A DNA stretch of 64,000 nucleotides from an uncultured Chloroflexia bacterium (GTDB taxonomy: Bacteria; Chloroflexota; Limnocylindria; Limnocylindrales; CSP1-4), in NCBI GenBank assembly GCA_963821595.1, contig CAWGEL010000010.1, forward strand, positions 65,269 through 129,268, written 5' to 3'. The translations under genes were made by a program, and so were the position numbers. Under the pieces are notes generated by a model. That model saw only the letters and a list, made by a program, of their open reading frames with translations. It was not told the origin of the DNA and did no database searches. Shown piece after piece: positions 40,987 through 49,946 of this stretch (its first letter is position 1; every line of letters starts with the position of its first letter).

Positions 40987-41433
40987 ATGGCGGTGACGTT
41001 CGAGCACGTTCCTCATCCGCGCATTGCCGCCCGCAAGAAACAAGGCCCGGCCAAGACGCGAGACGAGCACGTCGGCTTCAACGGCAAGGTCGCGCTCGCG
41101 CTCACCACGGCGGTGGGGACGATGTGGTGCGCCTACGCGTTCGCCCTGCTCGCCCTCGTCGTCCTGCCGCAGGCGGTCACGGGCGGCTTGCTCCTGTTCA
41201 TCCAGTGGGTCAGCCAGACCTTCATCCAGCTGGTCATGCTCTCGGTGATCATGGTGGGCCAGAACATCCTCGGCCGCGTCTCGGACAAGCGAGCCGACGA
41301 GACGTACCAGGATGCCGATGCGACGCTGCACGAGGCACAGCAGATCCAGGCCCATCTCAAAGCCCAGGACGACGCGATCAACCTGCTGCTCGAGAAGCTC
41401 GCGAAGCTCGAAGGGGCGGCCGGCCAGGCGTGA
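40987..41433 (+). CDS. DUF1003-like two-TM membrane protein with a C-terminal coiled coil
   Basis: GGAAGGAG RBS. Two TM helices, then IMVGQNILGRVSDKRADETYQDADA...: resembles the DUF1003 pattern from memory. Confidence 0.55.
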   Translation: MAVTFEHVPHPRIAARKKQGPAKTRDEHVGFNGKVALALTTAVGTMWCAYAFALLALVVLPQAVTGGLLLFIQWVSQTFIQLVMLSVIMVGQNILGRVSDKRADETYQDADATLHEAQQIQAHLKAQDDAINLLLEKLAKLEGAAGQA

Positions 41434-41614
41434 GGGACGGGCGCACGCGTGCACCACCGCCGCCTGTCGTGCGCGTGCGGCAGGCTTGAACGCAGGTGGA
41501 GGAAGCGGCGGGCAGGGGGTATGCTCTCGGCGATCGAGCGTCGTTCGCTCGCTCGCGGGCCCTGATCGTTCCTTCATTCCAATCATCACCCGGGGCCCGA
41601 GGGGAAGGCACCGA

Positions 41615-43609
41615 ATGTCGCTGCTTCAACGCGTTGCGCGAGCGGGACAGCAGGCCGGCAACGCCACTGAGAAGCCGGAGGCGCCGGGCGCCCCCGGAGC
41701 GCCGCCCCCGGCGGCTGCGCCGGGCCAGCCGGTTCCGCCCGTGCCACCCGCCGCGTCGGTGCCGCCAGCCGCTCCTGCACCGCCCACGCGGACCCTGCCT
41801 CGGGCTCCGGGCCGGGAGGAGTTGCTCCGCAACCTCCGGCTTCGCCTGCAGGGCGAGGTCATCGGCGCCTTCGATGGCGTGCTTTCGGCTTCGGGATCGG
41901 CGGAGATCCGCGGCAAGATCGCCGAGATCGTGGACCGGGTCATCGCCCAGCACGAATTCGCGGTGACGCGTGACGAGCGCCTGCGCCTGGTCGAGGAGAC
42001 CGTCAACGAGCTGACGGGCCTTGGACCGCTGGAGCCGTTCCTCCTCGATGAGTCCATCACCGAGGTCATGGTGAACGGCCCCAAGCAGATCTACATCGAG
42101 CGCAGGGGCAAGATCGTGCTCACGGATGCGGTCTTCGTGAACGACGAGCACGTCATGAAGATCATCGACCGGATCACTGCCCCCCTCGGGCGGCGCATCG
42201 ACGAGTCGAGCCCGCGGGTCGACGCCCGCCTTCCCGACGGCTCGCGCGTCAACGCAATCATCCCGCCCCTTTCTCTGGTTGGCCCGGTCATCACGATCCG
42301 CAAGTTCGCGGCCAAGCCATTCACGGTCGACGACCTGATCCGTTTCGGCACGGCGACGCAGGACATGTTCGACTTCATCCGGGTCTGCATCGAGGCGCGC
42401 CTGAACATCTTCGTTTCCGGCGGCACCGGGTCCGGCAAGACGACGACCCTGAACGTCCTGTCCTCGTTCATCCCGAACGACGAGCGGATCATCACGATCG
42501 AGGACGCCGCCGAGCTTCAGCTCCGCCAGGAGCACGTCGTGACCCTGGAGGCCCGCCCCGCCAACATCGAGGGGTCGGGCGAGATCACGATCCGCGACCT
42601 GATGCGCAACGCCCTCCACATGCGGCCTGACCGGGTCATCGTCGGGGAGTGCCGTGCCGGCGAGGCGTTGGACATGCTCAACGCGATGAACAGCGGCCAG
42701 GAAGGCTCGCTGTCGACCGGCCATGCGAACAGCCCGGGGGACATGCTCCGGCGACTCGAGACGATGGTCCTCATGACCGGCTTCGAGCTGCCGCTGCGGG
42801 CCATCCGCGAGCAGATCGCCTCGGCCGTCGACGTGATCGTCCATACCGCCCGCCTCAAGGACGGCACTCGCAAGATCGTCAACATCACCGAGATCTACGG
42901 GATCGAGGACGACGACATCCTCCTCCAGGACATCTTCGTCTTTGAGCAGACGGGCGTCGTCGAGGGCAAGATCGAGGGCCGCCTGAAGCCGACCGGCGTT
43001 CGGCCGACGTTCATGGCGAAGCTCAAGGCCAGCGGCATCCCGCTGCCGCCAGGGGAGTACGGCATCCCGCCCGAGGATCCCACGCACCCGACCCACCAGC
43101 CGAAGGGGCGATGGGCCGTTGGTGGGGCCGCCGAGAAGCCGGACCCTTCGCGCCCCCTCGTCGGCTCGGGCCGCGTCGTCACGGCCGGCGGCATGGTCTA
43201 CGTCACGGCGATCGGGCCCGTCGATCCCGAGACCGGCCTGGTCGTCGGCCTCGCGATCAAGGAGCAGACGCGCCAGTGCCTGCGCAACCTGAAGGCGAGG
43301 TTGGAGGCGGCGGGCAGCTCGCTGGACCGGGTCGTCTGGGCGAACTGGTCGCTGCGGGACCCGTCGGAGTTCGACGTCTTCAACGAGGAATGGGTGCGCG
43401 CATTCCCGGGTGACGCGCCGATCGGTCAGGGGACCCTCATGCCGCCCCTGCTGCGCAGGGCGGGTTTCCGAGTCTCGATCGGGGTGATCGCCCAGGCCGG
43501 CGTGGCCGACGAGGCGGCCGTGCCGGACGTGCCGGACCTGGCGGGCCTGGCGGCCGATACCGGCGTCACGGCGCCGCCGCCCGCGGGTCGGAGAGCCGCC
43601 GCGGACTGA
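41615..43609 (+). CDS. CpaF/TadA-type secretion ATPase fused in frame to a C-terminal RidA (YjgF/L-PSP) domain
   Basis: Walker A GGTGSGKTT, Walker B/Asp box RIITIEDAAEL, His box SLSTGHANS. After a Pro-rich linker comes GRVVTAGGMVYVTAIGPVDPETGLVV...IKEQTRQCLRNLKARLEAAGSSLDRVV... Confidence 0.8.
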   Translation: MSLLQRVARAGQQAGNATEKPEAPGAPGAPPPAAAPGQPVPPVPPAASVPPAAPAPPTRTLPRAPGREELLRNLRLRLQGEVIGAFDGVLSASGSAEIRGKIAEIVDRVIAQHEFAVTRDERLRLVEETVNELTGLGPLEPFLLDESITEVMVNGPKQIYIERRGKIVLTDAVFVNDEHVMKIIDRITAPLGRRIDESSPRVDARLPDGSRVNAIIPPLSLVGPVITIRKFAAKPFTVDDLIRFGTATQDMFDFIRVCIEARLNIFVSGGTGSGKTTTLNVLSSFIPNDERIITIEDAAELQLRQEHVVTLEARPANIEGSGEITIRDLMRNALHMRPDRVIVGECRAGEALDMLNAMNSGQEGSLSTGHANSPGDMLRRLETMVLMTGFELPLRAIREQIASAVDVIVHTARLKDGTRKIVNITEIYGIEDDDILLQDIFVFEQTGVVEGKIEGRLKPTGVRPTFMAKLKASGIPLPPGEYGIPPEDPTHPTHQPKGRWAVGGAAEKPDPSRPLVGSGRVVTAGGMVYVTAIGPVDPETGLVVGLAIKEQTRQCLRNLKARLEAAGSSLDRVVWANWSLRDPSEFDVFNEEWVRAFPGDAPIGQGTLMPPLLRRAGFRVSIGVIAQAGVADEAAVPDVPDLAGLAADTGVTAPPPAGRRAAAD

Positions 43610-43798
43610 GCGCCCGCCGCCCGGGGCAGCTGCGCCCATGGTGTCAAACCGCGCGGACTGTGCCGCGAGGGGACATATGATGCCCGGGGCTCGGAAGTCG
43701 ACTGGCACGAGGACGGAGGGGCCAGGGGCCCGGTCCGCGCGAATTGAGAGGCGCCAGTCGCCATCGCCGGCGTCCGAGCGAACCCCCATGGGAGGCCG

Positions 43799-44389
43799 AT
43801 GCAGGCGCACGACGCGAAAGTCCGTGCATTCTCGGAGCGACTCGCCGCGTCGCCGTGCTGCGCGGCGATCACGGCCCCCTCGCGACTCGACGAGGCCCTG
43901 GAGAGTGGCGTACCGATCGTGTTCGTGCTGCGCGCCGATGGCCTGGCCCTCCGCCCCGTGGTTCGCCGGATCCATGACGCCGGCAAGCTCGTCGCGGTCC
44001 ACCTCGACCTGGTCGACGGGATCCGGCCGGACGCGGCCGGCATCGGGTGGCTGGGCCGGGCGTCGGTCGACGCCGTGATCAGCTCGAAGGGCCAGCTCAT
44101 GCCGGCGATCCGCCGCGCCGGCCTCGTCGCCATCCACCGGCTGCTGCTGATCCGGCAGAGCCTCGTCGACACGGCGGTGCGCGCCGTCTCGACGTCGGGC
44201 GCCGATTTCGTGGAGGTCCTGCCCGGCGTGATCCTGCCCGAGGTGGCCGACCTCCTCGCTCAGATCCGCGCTCCCCTCCTGGCTGGTGGCTTCATCAGGA
44301 CCGAGGCAGAGGCGAGGGCGGCGCTGGCGGCGGGTGCCGCCGGCGTGACCACCAGCACCCTCGCCCTCTGGCGGGCCGACCTTGGCTAG
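43799..44389 (+). CDS. GlpP-family (glycerol-3-phosphate responsive antiterminator-like) protein
   Basis: VAVHLDLVDGI, VISSKG, AIHRLLLI, PDFVEVLPGVILPEV and LLAGGFIRTEAEARAALAAGAAGVTTS are collinear with B. subtilis GlpP. Confidence 0.8.
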   Translation: MQAHDAKVRAFSERLAASPCCAAITAPSRLDEALESGVPIVFVLRADGLALRPVVRRIHDAGKLVAVHLDLVDGIRPDAAGIGWLGRASVDAVISSKGQLMPAIRRAGLVAIHRLLLIRQSLVDTAVRAVSTSGADFVEVLPGVILPEVADLLAQIRAPLLAGGFIRTEAEARAALAAGAAGVTTSTLALWRADLG

Positions 44390-44954
44390 CCGGATCGGCG
44401 AGCTCGTGCCGCGCGTCCTGGCCGCCTGCGACGGCCGCGCGGCGCTGGACCTGCCCGGGCCGGTCGCGCCCATCCTGCTGCGGGACCTGGACCTCACCAC
44501 GCTTGCCGGCATGGGATCGGCGCGCCCACCGTGCGCCCTCGATCTCGATTCGGTGGACGGCCTGAACCCGGACGCGGCAGCCGTTCGCTACGTGATCGAA
44601 GATCTGGGCATCGGGACGATCGCGACCCGCCGGCCGGCCGTCGCCGCGCGAGCGGCGGAAGTCGGTGGACTCGGCCTCCTGCATGTCTTCGCGTTCGACT
44701 CGACGGGGTTGCGCCGCACGCTCGAGGCGCATCCCGGCGGGCCGCGGGTCGGCACGCTGGTCTCGCCGGGACTGGTGCTGTCGCATCTCGGCGCGGACGA
44801 GCTGGCGCGGCTGCCCCGACCACTCGTGGCGTACGGCCTCATCGGCACGCCGGCGCGCGCCCGCGCACTGCTCGCGATCGCCGATACGGTGGTGGTTCGG
44901 CCCGACATCGCGGCGTTGCTGCTGGCGGAGGAAGGTCCGGCCGAGCGACCGTGA
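44382..44954 (+). CDS. Second, more divergent GlpP-family paralogue
   Basis: LDLDSVDGL, GTIATRR, LLHVFAFDS, LVSPGLV and AYGLIGTP...TVVV occur in the same order as in GlpP. The TTG start overlaps the upstream gene by 8 nt (an alternative GTG is at 44406). Confidence 0.65.
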   Translation: MASRIGELVPRVLAACDGRAALDLPGPVAPILLRDLDLTTLAGMGSARPPCALDLDSVDGLNPDAAAVRYVIEDLGIGTIATRRPAVAARAAEVGGLGLLHVFAFDSTGLRRTLEAHPGGPRVGTLVSPGLVLSHLGADELARLPRPLVAYGLIGTPARARALLAIADTVVVRPDIAALLLAEEGPAERP

Positions 44955-45030
44955 CCACCGGGCCGGGCCGGAAACGCGCCGCGACAGGCTCCGCGCGGGC
45001 CGCCAGCCGGCACGACAGGCTGCAGGCCAC

Positions 45031-45060
45031 TTGACAGCAGGGGTCGCCGTCGCCTAGAAC
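45031..45060 (+). promoter_or_regulatory. Candidate promoter TTGACA-18 nt-TAGAAC
   Basis: Read directly from the sequence. The -10 is imperfect. Confidence 0.3.
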
Positions 45061-45101
45061 ATGCACAGCCTCAGTCACCGGGACTAGGATTCGGACAAGT
45101 C

Positions 45102-45139
45102 CCCGCTTCTGGCATCGTGCCGGAGCGGGTTTTTGTTTG
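45102..45139 (+). terminator. Intrinsic terminator-like hairpin with a U-tract in the leader of the HK-like gene
   Basis: CCCGCTTC (45102-45109) pairs with GGAGCGGG (45122-45129) across a 12-nt loop, followed by TTTTTGTTTG. T-runs are very rare in this window. Confidence 0.6.
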
Positions 45140-45175
45140 CCGAGAGCGAGGCCGGACCCAGGAGGGTCATCGCCG

Positions 45176-45988
45176 ATGGCTTCCGACGCCCGGATGGCCT
45201 ACCGCCGCCCGAGCATTCCGGCGCGTGCCTCGACCCGTGAACGGTCGATCGAACCGTCGATGCCCGGCCAGGAGTGGCGCGACCGGGCGGGCTGGTCGGA
45301 TCCGCAGCGGCTGGCCCTCGCCGGGGCCGCCGGAGAGGGCCTGCGGACCACGCTGGCGCTGATCGGTGGCTACGGCCAGAGCCTGCTCCACCTCGCGCTC
45401 GATGACGACACGCGCCGGCGCTGTTCGGAGGGACTGCTGGCCGCCGCCGACTCCCTTGCCGAGCTCACCGATCGCATCCTCGAGCTGGCGCTGAGCCGCG
45501 ATGGGTCGCCCCAGCTCCGCCGCCACCCCGTCGCCGTGGACTGGCTCGCCGGCCGTCTCGAGCGACCCGCGGCAGGGACCGGCGAGGCCGGGAGCGTCCG
45601 CTATCTGGCCACGACGGGGCTCTCGTTCGTCGACGTCGATCCGCTGTGGATCGGCCACGCGCTCCGCCTGCTCGTCGCTCGCGTGCGCCGGCGGGCGGGC
45701 CCGGGCTCCGTGGTCGAGATCCATGCCCGCGACGCCGGCACCACCGTCATCCTTGGCATCCGGACCGAGGGACCGGATGACCGCCGGCAGGCGGGCACGC
45801 CCGCCCCCGAGGAAGCGCGTCCTGCGGTGAGCAGTTCCGCGGACGAGGACGACGAGCTCGCCCTGTGCCGGTGGATCGTGGAGGCGAACGGCGGTGAGCT
45901 CTGGCTCGAGGCGGACGGTGGACCGGGTGCGGTCACCCTGCGCCTTCCCGCCCGGCCCCGGCCGGTGCTGACATCGCCTGGAGCCTGA
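45176..45988 (+). CDS. Soluble histidine-kinase-like protein lacking the phospho-acceptor His and with degenerate ATP-binding boxes
   Basis: The H-box position reads GEGLRTTLALIGGYGQSLL (canonical is HELRTPL). The C-terminus ALCRWIVEANGGELWLEADGGPGAVTLRLP resembles the end of HATPase_c, but the G1/G2 boxes are not intact. GGAGGG RBS. Confidence 0.6.
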   Translation: MASDARMAYRRPSIPARASTRERSIEPSMPGQEWRDRAGWSDPQRLALAGAAGEGLRTTLALIGGYGQSLLHLALDDDTRRRCSEGLLAAADSLAELTDRILELALSRDGSPQLRRHPVAVDWLAGRLERPAAGTGEAGSVRYLATTGLSFVDVDPLWIGHALRLLVARVRRRAGPGSVVEIHARDAGTTVILGIRTEGPDDRRQAGTPAPEEARPAVSSSADEDDELALCRWIVEANGGELWLEADGGPGAVTLRLPARPRPVLTSPGA

Positions 45989-46076
45989 CGGCCCGCGTCT
46001 CGGCCCCTGATCAAGGTATCTGGCCCTCGCACCGGTCCCCGCGCGTGCGGGCGGGACCGCTCCTTGGCGCAGCGCG

Positions 46077-48623
46077 TCAGTCGCGGACGACGATGTTGAC
46101 GAGGCGACCGCCGCCGGCATGGATGACCCGCTCCGGGGGCCGGCCCGCGAGCAGGGCGGCGATGCGCGGCCGGGCCAGGACCAGGGCTTCGATCTCGGCA
46201 TCGGCGAGGCCGACCGCAACCTCCACCTTGTCGCGGATCTTGCCGTTGACCTGGATGGGGACTTCGCGCGTCGCGACGGCCGCCACCGCGGCGTCCACGG
46301 TCGGCCAGGCCTCCCGGTGGATCGATCGCCAGGCGTCCCCACGCGCCGCCAGCCGGCGCGACCACAGCTCCTCGGTGAGGTGAGGCGCGGCCGGAGCAAG
46401 CATGAGCAGGAGCAGTCGTACGGCCTCGTCCCAGGCCTCGCTTCCCGCGGCCTCCGTTCCCCGGTAGCGGTACAGCAGGTTGGCCATCTCCATGAGCTTG
46501 GCGACCATCGTGTTGAAGTGGAACGCTTCGTAGTCCGCCGTGACCGCCGCGAGCGTCCGGTGGGCGGCGCCGCGCAGCGTCCGCCCGGCAGCCGCCGCAT
46601 CCTCGCCCTTCGGCAGCCGCCCGCCCTCCGGATCACCCGGCTCGGTGCCGTGCGGATCCAGGGCCAGTGTCCAGACGCGGTTCAGGAAGCGGGCGACGCC
46701 GCCGATCCCGGTCGGGCTCCACGGGCCGCCCTGGTCCCACGGTCCCATGAACATCAGGAAGAGGCGAACCGTGTCGGCGCCGTACTGGCGGACCAGCTCG
46801 TCCGGGTCCTGGACGTTGCCCCGGCTCTTGCTCATGCGCTCGCCATCCGCGCCCAGGATCTGGCCCTGGTTGAACAGGCGGCGGAACGGCTCCCGCTCGC
46901 CGACGAGGCCGCAGTCCGCCATCGCCTTGGTGAAGAAACGGCTGTAGAGCAGGTGCATGACGGCGTGCTCGGCGCCGCCGGTGTACTGGTCGACGGGCGT
47001 CCAGCGATCGACGAGCGCGCGATCGACCGGACCTTCCTCGAAGCCCGGCGCGAGGTACCGGAACCAGTACCAGGACGAGTCCACGAAGGTGTCCATGGTG
47101 TCTGTCTCGCGGTGGGCCGGCCCGCCGCAGCGGGGGCAGGCAACGTCCAGGAAGGCCGGGTCGTGGCGCAGTGGGTTGTCGCCGGAGCCCTGGTAGTCGA
47201 CCGTCTCCGGCAGCCGCACGGGAAGCTGGTCGTCCGGCACCGGCACGATGCCATCGGTGGCGCAGTAGATCACCGGGATCGGTGTGCCCCAGTACCGTTG
47301 CCGGCTGATCAGCCAGTCGCGGATCCGGTACGTCACGGCGGCCGTGCCTTCGCCGCTGGCCCCGAGGTCGGCGGTGATCGCGCGGATCGCCGTCGGCGCG
47401 TCCATACCGTTGTAGCGGCCGGAGTTGACGAGAACGTCGTCGCCGGTCTTCGAGACGTACGCCGCCGCGAACTCGTGCTCGACCCCGACTTCCGCCGCCG
47501 GACGGATGACTTCCTGGATCTCCAGCCCGAACTGCCGGGCGAAAGCGAAGTCGCGCTCGTCGTGGGCGGGCACGGCCATGATGGCGCCCGTGCCGTAGCC
47601 GGCCAGCACGTAGTCGGCGATCCAGAGCGGGATCCGCTCGCCGTTGACGGGGTTGATCGCGTCGGCCCCGAGCGGGACCCCGGTCTTGTCGCGCTCGGTG
47701 GAGAGGCGCTCGATCTCGGTCTCGCGCCGCGCCTGCTCGACGTAGGCGTGAACAACCTCGCGCTGGCCCGGCGAGGTTAGGTGCTCCACCAGGGGGTGCT
47801 CCGGGGCCAGGACCATGAACGTCGCCCCGAACAGCGTGTCCGGCCGGGTCGTGAACACGCGGATCTCGTCACCGCCCGGGATGTGCGTATCGGGCGCGCT
47901 GCGGAAGACGACTTCGGCACCCTCGCTCCGCCCGATCCAGTTCGTCTGCATGATGCGGACGGGATCCGGCCAGTCGATGCCGGTGAAGTCGAGCAGCTCG
48001 TCGGCGTACTTCGTGATCCTCAGGAACCACTGGTCGAGGTCGCGCTTCTCGACCTTCGCCCCGCAGCGCCAGCAGCGGCGCTCGGCGCCCTCGACCTGCT
48101 CTCGCGCGAGCGTTCCGTCGTTCGGGCACCAGTCCACGGGTGACTTCGCCCGGTAGGCGAGCCCGGCTTCCAGAAAGCGCAGGAACATCCACTGGTTCCA
48201 GCGGTAGTAGGCGGGGTCGCAGGTGACGACCTCGTGCTCCCAGGAGAACGTGGCGCCCATGGTCCGGAACTGGCGCCGCATGTTGTCGATGTTGCGCATC
48301 GTCCATTCATATGGATGGACGCCGTTCCTGATCGCCGCGTTCTCGGCGGGCAGCCCGAACGCATCGAAGCCGATGGGCAGGAAGACGTTCTTGCCGTGCA
48401 TCCGATGGAAGCGGGCCAGGGCGTCGGTCGGCGTGACGATGTACCAGTGCCCGATGTGCAGGTCACCCGATGGGTACGGGTACATCGTGAGGAGGTAGAA
48501 CCTGGGCCGCAACCCGTCGGTGAGGTCCGCCAGGTGCAGCCCGAGCTCGTCCCAGCGCGCCTGCCAGCGCGGCTCGATGGAAGCCGGGTCGTAGCGCTCG
48601 ATCCTGGTCCGTTCCGTGGTCAC
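46077..48623 (-). CDS. leuS: Leucine--tRNA ligase
   Basis: HIGH (HIGHW) and KMSKS (RMSKS) motifs, full-length 848-aa ORF, GTG start with a GAGG RBS. Confidence 0.97.
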   Translation of the reverse strand: MTTERTRIERYDPASIEPRWQARWDELGLHLADLTDGLRPRFYLLTMYPYPSGDLHIGHWYIVTPTDALARFHRMHGKNVFLPIGFDAFGLPAENAAIRNGVHPYEWTMRNIDNMRRQFRTMGATFSWEHEVVTCDPAYYRWNQWMFLRFLEAGLAYRAKSPVDWCPNDGTLAREQVEGAERRCWRCGAKVEKRDLDQWFLRITKYADELLDFTGIDWPDPVRIMQTNWIGRSEGAEVVFRSAPDTHIPGGDEIRVFTTRPDTLFGATFMVLAPEHPLVEHLTSPGQREVVHAYVEQARRETEIERLSTERDKTGVPLGADAINPVNGERIPLWIADYVLAGYGTGAIMAVPAHDERDFAFARQFGLEIQEVIRPAAEVGVEHEFAAAYVSKTGDDVLVNSGRYNGMDAPTAIRAITADLGASGEGTAAVTYRIRDWLISRQRYWGTPIPVIYCATDGIVPVPDDQLPVRLPETVDYQGSGDNPLRHDPAFLDVACPRCGGPAHRETDTMDTFVDSSWYWFRYLAPGFEEGPVDRALVDRWTPVDQYTGGAEHAVMHLLYSRFFTKAMADCGLVGEREPFRRLFNQGQILGADGERMSKSRGNVQDPDELVRQYGADTVRLFLMFMGPWDQGGPWSPTGIGGVARFLNRVWTLALDPHGTEPGDPEGGRLPKGEDAAAAGRTLRGAAHRTLAAVTADYEAFHFNTMVAKLMEMANLLYRYRGTEAAGSEAWDEAVRLLLLMLAPAAPHLTEELWSRRLAARGDAWRSIHREAWPTVDAAVAAVATREVPIQVNGKIRDKVEVAVGLADAEIEALVLARPRIAALLAGRPPERVIHAGGGRLVNIVVRD

Positions 48624-48646
48624 GCGGGCTGCCTCATATACGCGAC

Positions 48647-48673
48647 GACCCCTCGCCGCCGAGGCGAGGGGTC
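48647..48673 (-). other. 11-bp GC hairpin between tRNA-Ala and the leuS start (terminator or processing structure)
   Basis: GACCCCTCGCC / GGCGAGGGGTC read directly from the sequence. No U-tract. Confidence 0.4.
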
Positions 48674-48697
48674 GGGTCTGCGGCGAACGTCAGGGGC

Positions 48698-48773
48698 TGG
48701 TGGAGCTACGGGGATTCGAACCCCGGACCTTCTGAATGCCATTCAGACGCTCTTCCAGCTGAGCTATAGCCCC
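48698..48773 (-). tRNA. tRNA-Ala (anticodon GGC), CCA encoded
   Basis: Hand-folded cloverleaf. Acceptor GGGGCUA/UAGCUCC with G3:U70. Anticodon loop AUGGCAU. T-arm GGTTCGAATCC. 76 nt. Confidence 0.95.
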
Positions 48774-48931
48774 ACAGGTCCGCGGGGGAGGATAGCACGC
48801 GTCGGGTACTGGAGATGCTATCGGGTGGGTACTGGAGTTGGTGAGTGGCTCGACGTCGCCTCGCCGGTGCCACGCGGTCCCGGACCATCGGCCGGCTCGC
48901 GACGCCGTGCCGGCCGGGATAGAGTCACGGC

Positions 48932-49930
48932 GTGCAGCCCATCGCCCCTCGACGTCATTTCCGCGCCGCCTATTCGCGCGCCATCGTCCTGGCGCTCCTG
49001 GTCCCGATCGTCGCGGCGGCCTGCTCGCCGGCCCCGACCCCGACGCAAGGTTCGGCAGATGTGCCCGCCTCGGCGTCGGCCCAGGTCTCGGCGAACCCGG
49101 CCGCCACCCCGACACCCACGCCCGCGCCCACGCCCACTTCCACGCCGACGGCAACCCCCACTTCCACGCCGACGGCCACGCCCTCCCCAACGCCGACGGC
49201 CACACCCGCCGCCCGGGACATCGCCGGTTGCCCCGGGAAGACGCGGTCCGGCCACCCGGTCGGGGCGTCCAGGCTGTCGATCTCCCGCAACTGGGCCGGC
49301 TACGTGGCGACGTCGCCGGCCGCAGGCGCCAGCTGCGTCGAGGCGACGTGGGTCGAGCCGTCGATCAGCTGCCCGTCGAAGGGGACGCGGGCGGTCGCGA
49401 TCTGGGTCGGCATCGGTGGCTTCAGCGAGGCCGCGCTCGTGCAACTCGGGACCGAGGCCTCGTGCCGCAATGGCGTGCTGGTCCGCGTGTCGTGGCGGGA
49501 GTCGCTGCCCCAGGAAAAGTCGGTGGTCCCGACCGACCTCCAGGTGCGGTCTGGTGACCGGATCCACGCCCAGGTGCTCTGGCTGGGCGGGTCCCGCTAC
49601 CAGCTCTCCATGGTCAACCTGAGCAACGGCCAGGCGTTCTCGAAGGTGGTCGCGAACCGGTCGCTTCGGCGGACGTCGACCGAATGGGTGGTCGAGGCAC
49701 CCGCCGTCGGCTGCCCGGTGAACTGCCAGATCCTGTCAATGCCGCGCTTCTCGACGGTCACCTTCTCCAGGGTCGCGACCACGTGGCGCGGCGTGCTCCA
49801 GCCGCTCGATGGCTCCAGCTTCACCCACCAGCGCATCAGGATGGTCACCGCCGGCGGCTCGACCCGAGCCGAGGTCACCTCGACCTCCAGGGACGGCCAC
49901 ACCTTCAAGGTCACCTGGCGCCGCGCCTAG
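48932..49930 (+). CDS. Secreted or lipoprotein peptidase of the G1 (eqolisin, formerly A4) family with a Thr/Pro-rich linker
   Basis: NWAGY, IWVGIGG, VQLGT, GDRIHAQV and TEWVVEAP motifs in the family order. Signal peptide ...VAAAC. Confidence 0.7.
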   Translation: MQPIAPRRHFRAAYSRAIVLALLVPIVAAACSPAPTPTQGSADVPASASAQVSANPAATPTPTPAPTPTSTPTATPTSTPTATPSPTPTATPAARDIAGCPGKTRSGHPVGASRLSISRNWAGYVATSPAAGASCVEATWVEPSISCPSKGTRAVAIWVGIGGFSEAALVQLGTEASCRNGVLVRVSWRESLPQEKSVVPTDLQVRSGDRIHAQVLWLGGSRYQLSMVNLSNGQAFSKVVANRSLRRTSTEWVVEAPAVGCPVNCQILSMPRFSTVTFSRVATTWRGVLQPLDGSSFTHQRIRMVTAGGSTRAEVTSTSRDGHTFKVTWRRA

Positions 49931-49946
49931 GCGCGGCGCCGGCGCC

